NCBI GenBank assembly: GCA_964019425.1
Contig: OZ025803.1
Span: forward strand, 1,054,001 to 1,118,000
Source of the DNA: Flectonema sp. DT1601
Lineage: Eukaryota
Direction: 5' to 3'
Length of the DNA stretch: 64,000 bases
Both the position numbers and the translations under genes were made by a program. The notes below the pieces were generated by a model. That model did not search any database, had not been told where the DNA came from, and saw only the letters and a program-made list of their open reading frames with translations. Shown piece by piece: positions 1 through 10,600 of this stretch (position 1 is its first letter; each line of letters opens with the position of its first letter).

Positions 1-300
1 AAAAATAAATAAAAAGAATAAAAAAAAAAAAAAAGGAATAAACAATGTTATCATTGTTTTTTTTTTATCGATCGACTATGTCGATTACTTACTATTTTCC
101 GTCCTGGTCAAGACGCTAAACTGATTGTTTTTTCTTTAAAATAATTAAAAAGATTTAAAAAAAAAAAAAAAAAAAAAATGAATAAACAATGTTATCATTG
201 TTTTTTTTTCTATCGATCAACTATGTTGATTAATTTCTATTTTCCGTCCTGATCGAGACGCTAAACTGATTGTTTCCTTTTTTTAAATAATAAATAAGAA
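1..300. repeat. Satellite units (same family as 11.7-15.2 kb array)
   Basis: Motifs AAACAATGTTATCATTGTTT, ATCGATCGACTATGTCGAT and TTTCCGTCCTGGTCAAGACGCTAAACTGATTG separated by poly-A/T. Confidence 0.9.
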
Positions 301-324
301 AAAAAAAAAAAAAAAAAAAAAAAA

Positions 325-732
325 GAGCATCTCCCTGCTATCCCTCATATCCCCACAATAATATTATACCTTTTCATTTTCTCTTTCCTTTTCTGGTCTT
401 TTTTTTTTCTTTTTTTTCCTTTTTCATACAACGTTTTTTATTTATTTATATATATATTTTTTTTTTTTTTTTTTTTTCATGTTTGATTATTTCCTCTTCA
501 TTTTTTTTTTTCTTTTCTTTTCTTTCTTTTTTTTTTTTTTTTCCTCTGCCTCTCTCTTAATTCTGTTCGTTTCTTTGAAACGAAAATTCATTTGAATATT
601 ATTCCTTGGTCAGCAACCATCATTGTCGCCCTTTGGGCCTGTTAAAAAAAAATAAAAATAAAAAGAAAGTTTACATCGGGAATAGGGCAGGAGCCAAAAG
701 CTCCCAGTCCGTTACTTCCCACTTTATCGAAA
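325..732. repeat. Satellite-terminal module, copy 1 (about 400 bp)
   Basis: GAGCATCTCCCTGCTATCC...GTTACTTCCCACTTTATCGAAA also at 1141-1538 and 23689-24093; each copy directly follows a satellite unit. Confidence 0.9.
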
Positions 733-759
733 TTTTTTTTTTGAAATTTTTTTTTTTAT

Positions 760-1005
760 TTAACAGGAGTTAAGATCACTTACATGAGTTAACACAACAC
801 AGATACGAGAGTAGCAAAATGAGGTAACACTACCAATTCAACAAAAAATAATCAGGATCGGACACAAGGAGGAGAGTTCATTCTACCTCTCACTGTCCTT
901 GCTGGTATCTTAAGTGTCTTGGTATCTCTTGTGTGTCGGTATCTCGGAAGTGCTGGTATCTCGTATGTGCGTTGGTATCTCTTGCGTGTTGGTATCTCTT
1001 GCACA
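760..1005 (-). repeat. Segment with GGTATCTC ~17-bp minisatellite; inverted homolog of the joined flanks of the YR element
   Basis: Reverse complement resembles 5990-6089 joined to 11436-11538 (e.g. AAGTGATCTTAACTCCT). Confidence 0.75.
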
Positions 1006-1140
1006 TAATAAAAAAAAAAATTGAGTTAACATGATCAGTTTTATTTATCATCATTTAATTTCTATTTTCCGTCCCGATCGAGACGCTAAACTGATTGTTT
1101 CCTTTTTTTTAAATAATAAATAAAAAAAAAAAAAAAAAAA

Positions 1141-1319
1141 GAGCATCTCCCTGCTATCCTCATATCCCCACAATAATATTATACCTTTTCATTTTCTCTT
1201 TCCTTTTCTGGTCTTTTTTTTTTTTCTTCTTTTTTTTCCTTTTTCATACAACGTTTTTTATTTATATTTTATTTTTTTTTTATTTTTTTCATGTTTGATT
1301 ATTTCCTCTTCATATTTTT

Positions 1320-1351
<32 letters not shown>

Positions 1352-1538
1352 TCTCTGCCTCTCTCTTAATTCTGTTCGTTTCTTTGAAACGAAAATTCAT
1401 TTGAATATTATTCCTTGGTCAGCAACAGTCATTGTCGCCCTCTGGGCCTGTTAAAAAAAAAAAAATAAAAAGAAAGTTTACATCGGGAATAGGGCAGGAG
1501 CCAAAAGCTCCCAGTCCGTTACTTCCCACTCTATCGAA
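1141..1538. repeat. Satellite-terminal module, copy 2
   Basis: Near-identical to 325-732. Confidence 0.9.
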
Positions 1539-2375
1539 TTCATGTCAGCCTCCCTCGAGAAAGACAAGCAGTTACTAAATGGATTACCTGTTGAGATCAA
1601 AGCTACCAACCAGGATCCATCCTCACTTCCTCCTGCGCCCCCTGTTTTAATTATTGAAAAAGATAGAAAAGAATTTTTTTTTTTTTTTTTATTTCAAACA
1701 GGACAGCAGGGGGAAAGTTTGTTTCGTACCCCCCGGGTGCTTAGCGTCACCCTCCATGCGATGCTTGCGCAGGGAGAGCCAAGGGTCGAGAACCCTGGAG
1801 ATTACCTTTGTTTCTTTTTGTGACTGGATTGCAGTGGCGCAACCCATCACCCCACCTGTTGGTATCTTTTTATTTTTTTTATTTAAAGAAAAAAGCAGGC
1901 TAAGTCGCCTGAGCTGGCATCGCCAGAATATTTAACTTCACATGGCAATGTCAGCTCGTGAAGGGATCCAGTTGGATCAAAGGTTTTCTCCCCCCCACTC
2001 TATTTATCGTCATTGGTGCGCACCTTCGAACAGGAAGGCCAACACTGACGGAATTTTTTACTTCTCTTCCCAGGGTTGAACCTTGGGAAAAAAACAAACA
2101 ATAAACACAGTGTAGACAAACACCCGCCGGACATCTGCAGAGCAGCGATCGATGTCGATGTCTTCGTTGTCGAACTTCCTGGCGTTTATGTTTTTGTTTT
2201 TAACAACAACACAACACCAACTAACAGGTTTGTCTCATTGCCCGTTCTTTCTTGTTTCCCTTTGCCGCCGGAAGAACGAAGGTCGACGGAGGTCCGAAGC
2301 ATTGCTTGCGATGATGTTCCGGTATGTGTTGCGTCTCTGTTATTTGTTTGTTTCAACTCAATTGGTTCATCTCAG

Positions 2376-4786
2376 GTTTTAGAAGTCTTCGTCCTGTTCG
2401 TTGGGAAGGGCCTGAATCAAAAGTTCACTGCCCCTATTCCTCTCCCAAATTTCTTATTTGAACTTCTGGAAGGAGTAATTCAACGGTTAACAGTAGAACG
2501 CGATGAATCGAAGACTTCTCTTTCTGCACTAGTTCGTCAATATGACTTAGTGGAAGATTACAGGAAACGTGAGCTCGCAAATCTGACTCAGAAAGCAGAC
2601 CTATCGGAAATGGCGCTTTTCAATTACCATCAAAGGTTTGTTCTTCTGTCGAACGAATTGGAGACCAAATGTAATGAGGAAAGAGAAAGTAAAATAAGAC
2701 TTTTCTATACTCAACAGGAGGTCGAGAGTTTGCGTGCCGCACGTCCCCACATGACCCACTTTAGTCAACAAGTTTCCCCCCGATCCCCTATTTTGTATGA
2801 ATCTGTTGCTATGATGAAGATAGCAAAGAACTACCTCTCGCTCTTTACAACTACGAGTAGTCTTTTTACTCCTCTTATTAAACCCCTTATCCCTACCCTT
2901 AATTATATCACCCCTCTTTGTCCTCTAGCCTCAATTCCTCCGACAATGCCGCAGAGTGAAGCTCTCGACCGCACGCCGACCAAGATTTTACGACAAGAGA
3001 GTCACGTTATCTCCGTTAAAGAGAATACACCTATTGCGAGACAATGGTCCGAGGGTAGGATTGACTTACTCGAGAACTACTGTCGACTGTTAGTGCATTG
3101 GGCATAGGCTGGGCTGCAGTTTAGATGTCTTAGGTGTTAATAGGGGGTTCCTCTTAGCATTTTTCTTTGTTCCCACCTTATGATTTTCTTGAAGAAAAAA
3201 AATAGAAGTCATAATGGTGCTTCCCTCTGGAAGGGTTGTAAGCCATGGTGTCCAACTAAATTAAAGGACAAGTCTGGGATAATCCCTGCCAGAGGGGCGA
3301 GTATTCTACCATGGTTGAAATACTCTGGCAACTGATCTTCAATTTTATGTTGTTTGTTAGCTGCTGGTGTATCTTGATTATGTGTTGATACTTGCATTTT
3401 TTTTTATTTGTAATCTTCTATTACAATCCTCTTTCTGTTCTGGTCTGTTACCTCATTTGTCTTGTTTAACTTCAGTTATATCCATTTTACTTTTTATTGT
3501 TTCCCATCTACTTTTTATTTTCTATTAGTTCTGGTCAGAAACTCCTGGGCAGCAAGAAGGAAAGTAGTTAAGTACTTCTGGGTGTTTGGCATCACCCCCC
3601 ATAGTGAGCAAGTACAACAGGTAGCATTGGTAGTCTGTTGATCCTGAGTGATCCCAGCTACAGTTTTGTTTTTCTTTCTTTTTTTTAGAAGAAGATCAGG
3701 ACATCCAAGCACTGCTGGATAGTTGCTGAATGCAGGGCCTGCCTGTGGCATTATAATAACAGGCTAAGTCATTTGTAGTTCATAGTTTACCTTTGATTTT
3801 ATAACTTCACACAGGGTACTATGAACGATGAGAGATCCAGTGGGATCACTCAGGGTCTAGTAGAGACCACCAATGTTGTGCGTTGATAGGCAAGGTGACC
3901 AACCTTGACATTCTTTCTTTTCTCTCCTGTTGTGACAAACACAAAATACACACACAGCTTACAGTGTGTTCTTTGTGTATGTTTTCTTCAGGTGTGAGTA
4001 GTTTTTTTGTTCTTGCTCTTCAGGGAGGGCCTTAGCCAAAAGCTAACAGTCCAAATCTCACCTGGAAATTCAACTCCTAAGTCATTTGTAGTTCATAGTT
4101 TACCTTTGATTTTATAACTTCACACAGGGTACTATGAACGATGAGAGATCCAGTGGGATCACTCAGGGTCTAGTAGAGACCACCAATGTTGTGCGTTGAT
4201 AGGCAAGGTGACCAACCTTGACATTCTTTCTTTTCTCTCCTGTTGTGACAAACACAAAATACACACACAGCTTACAGTGTGTTCTTTGTGTATGTTTTCT
4301 TCAGGTGTGAGTAGTTTTTTTGTTCTTGCTCTTCAGGGAGGGCCTTAGCCAAAAGCTAACAGTCCAAATCTCACCTGGAAATTCAACTCCCGAGCAGTAG
4401 ATGACTCTCTCGAAACAAACGAGAAAGCGGCAGAGCTCTCAGAACAACTTTTGGATGCCCAACTTCGCCTCTCGGAGCTGAATCACCAACGGTGTACAAC
4501 TCACGCAGAGCAGCTTGAGCAATCCATGATGTTAACGGGACTGGCGAGCGATTTAAATGTTCAACTCGCCTTGGCACGGTCTCAAATTGCAGCCCTGAAG
4601 TTCCAATTAGCTTCATGGGCAGAAGGTTTGAGTCCGCCAGACACAGAAGAATATGAGGAAAATGAAACTCCGCCGAGAAAGTCTGAGCGTTCAACTCTGA
4701 AAAAACGGACCCCTCCATCAAGATATCGTTATAATCGAAGGAGATGTTCTGCTGATGACGTTCACGGTGACTCCACCCCCTTGTAA
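2376..4786 (+). pseudogene. Coiled-coil protein gene of unknown function interrupted by R1 repeat
   Basis: Coiled-coil-like coding sequence runs to ~3086 and resumes at ~4390-4786; R1 occupies 3087-4389. Confidence 0.45.
3087..4389 (+). mobile_element. R1 dispersed repeat, 5'-truncated copy (3087-4076) plus partial tandem duplication of its 3' part (4077-4389)
   Basis: Near-identical to 17344-17975, 18167-19335 and 24848-26041; fixed end CTGGAAATTCAACTC. Confidence 0.85.
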
Positions 4787-5281
4787 TTCTTTTTCCTTAC
4801 TTTCACATCACTTTGTTTATTTAGTTTATTAGCTTATTTATTATTTATTGTTCGTTTTGTTTGTAATATTTTGTCGATATGTTTATGTCCGTCAGATCAT
4901 AACGTTAATCAGATTAATTGTTAATTGTTAATTGTAAATGGTCTAAACCCCAATCCAAGTTCCCAAGGCTTGGCATAGATTTGAGTGACGCCTTACTGGC
5001 CTCCTCATCCTCTATGAGTGGTGAGGGGGCCAGCAATGGTTTTTTTTTTTTTTTTCTCTTATCTCTTTTTTTTTTTTTTCTTTTTCTTTTACTCTAATAT
5101 GAAATATTTTTGAACAAAATGTGATTATTAATTTAAAAAAAAAAAAAAAAAATAATGTAAATGAATAATAAAAAAAAAAAAAAAAAACATGCCTTGGGAA
5201 TACAACCAAAGCCCCAATTAATCGGTCCTTTCTTTTTTCCTTCTTGTCAAGTGATCGCTCCACTCGTCGATCACCAAAACC

Positions 5282-5750
5282 GATTGTATTTATATCTGTT
5301 CTTTTCTCAACGATCGGCTATACCGATCATTTTTTTTTAAATAATTGTTTTCTTCTTCTCGACGATCAGATCTAATTGATCGACTTTTTTTTTTTTTTTC
5401 CCTTTATTCTTTCCATCCCGCTCCCCTTATTTTAATAAAAACAAGATCAGCTCAGCTTGATCGTTAATCTTTTTTTTTTTTTTTAAATTTAAACTGATTG
5501 TATTTATATCTGTTTATTTTTCTCAACGATCGGCTATGCCGATCGACCTTTAAAATAATTGTCTTCTTCTTCTCGACGTTCAGATCCAATTGATCGACCT
5601 TTTCTTTTTTTTTTCCTTTATTCCTTCCATCCCTCCCGCTCCCCTTATTTTAATAAAAACAAGATCAGCTCAGCTTGATCGTTATTTATTTATCTATTTA
5701 TTTATTTATTTTTTTTTTTTGTTGGTCCTAGTCAAGACCTTAAACTGACT
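5282..5750. repeat. Two ~215-bp tandem units, diverged relative of the satellite
   Basis: GATTGTATTTATATCTG...AAGATCAGCTCAGCTTGATCG repeated at 5282 and 5496; GGTCCTAGTCAAGACCTTAAACTGA resembles the satellite. Confidence 0.75.
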
Positions 5751-5993
5751 AATCGGTCTTAATTTTAACTAACCTTTTAATACTCTCTATCTGGTCTGTT
5801 ATGTCATATTTCTCATTTAATTTTATCATCCATTTTACTTTTCACTGTTTCCCATCTACATTTTATTTTCAAATAGTTACGGTCTGTTAAAAAAAAAAGA
5901 AAAGTTTAAATAAGTTAAATTGAACATGTTAACTCAATTCCTCAATTCTTCCGTCATGGTCATGACATTCTTTTTCGTTTCTCCAATGCACAA

Positions 5994-6088
5994 GAGATAC
6001 CATCACTCATGAGATACCAACGCACATACGAGATACCAGCACTCCAGAGATACCGACACGCTAGAGATACCAAGTCACTTGAGATACC
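5994..6088 (+). repeat. GAGATACC minisatellite, 6 units spaced 17-19 bp
   Basis: GAGATACC at 5994, 6011, 6030, 6047, 6064 and 6081. Confidence 0.85.
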
Positions 6089-6295
6089 TAGAATTCATTC
6101 AGGTAATTTTCCACCAAGCTTAGCACCGGAAAGAAATAATCAAAGGAATCAGACAGAAAAGTGTATGATTCCGAAGTTGGAAAAATGAACAAAACAACAG
6201 ACATTTTTTATATATTCTTTAGCCTTCTATTTTTTCAAAAAGAAATTCTTTATACAGCTCGATCACTTCTTTCTCTCACACTCACGTTTTCGAAG
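6088..6295 (+). repeat. Split direct repeat A1 (208 bp)
   Basis: Identical by eye to 11025-11232; ends immediately before the gag ATG. Confidence 0.95.
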
Positions 6296-7642
6296 ATGCC
6301 ACTTGTTGAGTTTACATTCCCTGCTGCCTTGAAGAATGTATGGGAGAAAAAGACAGGGAATCCGGTACCTACAGAGAGTGAAATGATTGATTTGGATACA
6401 GCAAAAGCAGATATCCCGTTTGAAGTGGACCTCAATCAGCTGAGGAATGATACATCGCTTAGGGAGATGGTAAGGGGGACACTTGCCATCTCTTTGGGGA
6501 TGCCGCAAGGATCATTGGCGACGGTCCCAATAACACATGCAGTTGTGTTATTGGGTCTGCTGTCAAGGGTAAATCGAGGATTGGTAGCAGAAAAAGCCGC
6601 GAAGGTTGGAGAGCGGCTGTCAAGGGGGGAGAACCCCCGTCTCGTGTCGTATGATGACGCCAACGATGCGATGGGCAGTCTGCAGGAGGATGCAGCCTTA
6701 CTGCGTCAACAGGCGCAGCAGGCATGTTCAGACAATGCCGAAGCAACGAGGGTGTTAGAAAGTCGGACAGAGGCAACCTTTTCTGGAGTGGGTCAGAGGT
6801 TTGAATCGGTTGCCAGGTACAGGGAAAACACGGCTGAAGAGATGGGGTCGATAAGGACGACCATCGAAGATTTTACAATGAGACAGCAGCAACAGCAACA
6901 ACAAACCGAGACTGTAATGCAGTCGCTAATGGCGGAACTCGTTTCGCTAAAAACACGGGTAGAAAGACAAGAGACACGACCACAGCAACACGAAGCAGTG
7001 AAGATGCCGATGCCACCGCCACCACCGCCACTATCACATCAGCCACCGATGCCGATGCCACCGCCACTATCACATCAGCCACCAGTGGGGATGCCACCTC
7101 AGCCATTCCAGCCACCGGTGGTACAACAGAATACTCAGCCTGAACCTGATCATGAAGAGCACCTAGAACTGATAACTGACCCGTCATGTGCAAAGGAGGT
7201 CAAGGCATGGGAGGAAATCCTTGAAGCGAAGGAGGCGGCGACACTAGTGATGAAGCTTGATGGCCGATATGTTTCCGGTCTAAAATATGGTCTGGGAGGG
7301 GACTTATTGGTTGAAAAATTTGAGAACCTCTCAAACTTCCTTTTTGGTATGGAAAGAGTGACAGGCTGGACGCAGGTTCCTCACTTGGTGAAGTTGGGGG
7401 ATGATTTGTTGAGACAGTTAAGGTTTCAACACTTTTTCTGTACAGACGGTACAAAGCGGTCGGAGCTTCAGGAGCAACTACTGATAGCATCCGAAGATCC
7501 TGTAGAAAAGGCGAATGCCTTGATAGTAAAAAAGAAGAGAGCACGCCCACCAACCTTTGTAAAGAAACTGAATGTGGGTAACCGCTTTCAGTTCAGACCG
7601 AAGGGAAACGCCGGGGGGGGCTCACGTCTACAGGCGAAGTGA
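6296..7642 (+). CDS. gag: Gag-like ORF1 of YR retrotransposon
   Basis: First ORF after repeat A; ATG at 6296; coiled-coil, polyQ and Pro-rich segments and a basic C-terminus; call is based on position. Confidence 0.75.
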   Translation: MPLVEFTFPAALKNVWEKKTGNPVPTESEMIDLDTAKADIPFEVDLNQLRNDTSLREMVRGTLAISLGMPQGSLATVPITHAVVLLGLLSRVNRGLVAEKAAKVGERLSRGENPRLVSYDDANDAMGSLQEDAALLRQQAQQACSDNAEATRVLESRTEATFSGVGQRFESVARYRENTAEEMGSIRTTIEDFTMRQQQQQQQTETVMQSLMAELVSLKTRVERQETRPQQHEAVKMPMPPPPPPLSHQPPMPMPPPLSHQPPVGMPPQPFQPPVVQQNTQPEPDHEEHLELITDPSCAKEVKAWEEILEAKEAATLVMKLDGRYVSGLKYGLGGDLLVEKFENLSNFLFGMERVTGWTQVPHLVKLGDDLLRQLRFQHFFCTDGTKRSELQEQLLIASEDPVEKANALIVKKKRARPPTFVKKLNVGNRFQFRPKGNAGGGSRLQAK

Positions 7643-10600
7643 ACCGCGGGAACCCCTTCTATCGCAAGTCAGCATGGAGCTGCAAGTTCGTCCAGCCTGG
7701 GACTGTACAGGAACAAAAATCAATTGAAGGCCGATCTGTCGTTGAGAACGGTGTCCGACCTGGGACTGTACAGGAACGTAAAACTATTGCAAGTCGATCT
7801 GTCAGAGAGAACACCGTCCGACCTGGGACTGTACAGGAACGCAAATCAATTACAAATCGATCTGTCAGTGGGAACTCCGTCCGACCTGGGACTGTACAGG
7901 AACGCAAATCAATTACAAATCGATCTGTCAGTGGGAACTCCGTCCGACCTGGGACTGTACAGGAACGCGAATCAATTACAAGTCGATCTGTCAGTGGGAA
8001 CTCCGTCCAACCTGGGACTGTACAGGAACGCAAATCAATTACAAGTCGATCTGTCAGTAGGAACTCCGTCCAACCTGGGACTGTACAGGAACGCAAAAAT
8101 ATTACAAGCCGATTCCCCAAGGAGAACGGTGTCCAACCTGGGGCTGTGCAGGAACGCAAATCAATTGAAAGTCGATATGTCAACGAGAACTCCGTCCGAC
8201 CTGGGACGGTACAGGAACGCAATTCATCCTCGAGAAGATCCATCAACAACAAGACAAGTATCCACATTGTACGGGAGCGAAGTTCAATTAGACCAGCACA
8301 ATGTGGTGGGGAACATCATTCTGCAGATGTTGTCGAAGGGGGACCAGAATGGAAGGGGGCACCCAGAGGACAAGATAACCGAGATCGAGGCAACCGAACG
8401 CTTGTCAGAGACAATGCAGGAGATGTGGGCAGGGAAGACCACATCAGGCAGAAGGAACCTTTGGAAGAGATTTCTGAAGTGGGGGCAGGAAAGGAATCTG
8501 CAAATCGACCACAGCTCGGGAATTCTGTTTGTGATGGCTACAGGGGTGTCACCACAGGGCCTCCTGACATATACAAAGATGCTGTCCGCGGTGATGGGAA
8601 AAATGGGCATGCCAAACGGCCAATTGCTGAGCCTAGCTGCAGCTTTAAGGGCAGCAGGGGCAGCAATACCAACACAGCAGGCTGTACCGATGATCAAAAA
8701 CGACCTGCTCGAGTGGGCAGCAGCACAGAAGGATTGCAGAACCTGGTTGGCAGTACTGGTAGCATGGAAGACTGCGTCCAGATGGGCCGAGGTAGCAGCA
8801 CTGACACGCAGCCAGTTTATACACGTGACCGAAGACGAGATCATAATAGATTGGTTTACCACCCCAAAAGGGAAGAGGGCGAACCCTTTCTCGCCAAGTC
8901 GATGGGCGGTGATTCAGGGATCACTGACGGAAGGAATCTTCGAGTTGTTGCAGGGAATGGGCCACTTCGAAAGTTTACACCCGTGGGACACATCAAGCCT
9001 GGTGAAAGAATTCAGAAAGGACCCCAGCATGAAGCAGTACACGGCACACTCCATAAAGAGAGGTGCGATCAGCCACTTGATGCAGGTCTTGGCAGAGGGT
9101 CATCCTATCCCAGAAGAGCTCATAAGCAGATTAGCAAAGCACAAAACAATATCACCTCTTTCGGACGTAACCCTGAGGTATGGAGGGGATCAAGTCGCAA
9201 TGGCAAGGGCACTGAGGACACAGATTGTTACCTCCCTCCTTTAGAGAGAGATGTTATTAGAAAGATAGGAGCAGGTTTCACACATCGTTCCAAGAGCACC
9301 CGCATTCCCACTACTGCTGAGGAGATTGCCTCACCTCTCCATGTTGCCTCAACTGAAACTATGGATCTTGAGATGGTTCAAGACAGAATGCATCCAGCGA
9401 TCTTGGAGAGGTTCAAGCATGTCTTGTCTTTAACGTTCCCTGTATTAAAGGAGAGAATGAACCGAGTTAGAAGGAAGAAATCACGTTTCAGCTCTGAACA
9501 CGCAGAAGAATTGGTAAACTGTGGGATTGCGGTACCTGTTAGCACGGCCCCTTTGTCTGAGAACATACCTTTTACAGTGTATGAGGAGAGGGAGACTGGG
9601 AACAGGCAACGCTTCATTTTATGGACGCGAGAAGCAAATGAAAACCTGACAGATTTTGGATATGAGCCGAATGTCCCACTAAAACATATCTCATACTACT
9701 TGGATGCAGTTCGTTCTGAGGTGGCTTCATGCAGGGATTTCAAGACTGGTTTCTTTCAGATCCAAATACCAGAACAGTCACAGAAGTTCTTTACATTTTT
9801 CGATTCATCTGGAAGGACTTTTGCTTTGACACGATTGCCAATGGGACATGTTTGTGCACCGGAAATCATGAACACCATTGCAGCAGTTGTGGCCGGTGAT
9901 CCAATGTTTGTGAGGGAGGAGTTTGCTGAGAAACATGTTGGTATTCATTGGTGGATTGACAACATAAGGTTGTTTGGTAAGAAGGAAGATGTAGAGGCGG
10001 CGACAAGAAGAATGGATGGATTTGCTAAGGAAGCGAGAGTAACATGGAAGCCCAGTGACACAGTGAACTTGTCGCAGGATTATGAATTTCTGGGTGTTTC
10101 GTTCTCTCACTGTGATAAGGTCGTTTCTTTAGGTTCTAAGATTAAGAGGAAGATTTCAACGTGTGTTCTATCAGGTTTGAGTGCATCACAGCTTGAATCG
10201 CTGGGGGGCCGCCTTCTACATGCGAGTGCCATCGTGGGGGTCTCACCTGGAAAGTATTGGTTTGCCCTGAAGTACATGCGCAGGATCACAAACCGCCTGA
10301 ACTACGGCTCTATACAGGTGCAGGATCATGTTACTATTCCCTTGTCGGTTAAGAAGGAACTTTCAAGTTGGATTCAGGCGGTTCAGCGCACTAGGAAGAT
10401 TCTTCCTGAAAGAAAAAGTGGTAGGACTGCAGAGGTGTTTGTTGATGCCTCCCTCAAAGGGTGGGGAGGTGTTATTGTTTGGAATAGCGGTGAATTGGAT
10501 ATTGTGGGATCTTCATGGCCTCAAGGTGAAGATCGTCATATCAATGTGCTTGAGGCAGATGCCTTAGGGCAGACATTAAAAGCCATCAAAGCTGCAGACC

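Noticed and set aside
3655..3672. AGCTACAGTTT in R1 resembling a euglenozoan spliced leader
   Set aside because: Only ~11 nt match my recollection of the leader, with no following TACTTTATTG|GT
3209..3751. Repeated short ORFs MPQAGPAF... and MQVSTH... in R1
   Set aside because: They recur only because the repeat does, have variable ends and show no recognizable domain
5994..6088. GAGATACC array as a CRISPR-like locus
   Set aside because: Repeats are 8 bp with 9-11 bp mutually similar spacers, the context is eukaryotic and there are no cas genes; it is a minisatellite
6161..6295. ORF-track start of gag at 6161
   Set aside because: It is a GTG inside terminal repeat A; the ATG at 6296 follows the repeat and an acceptor-like tract
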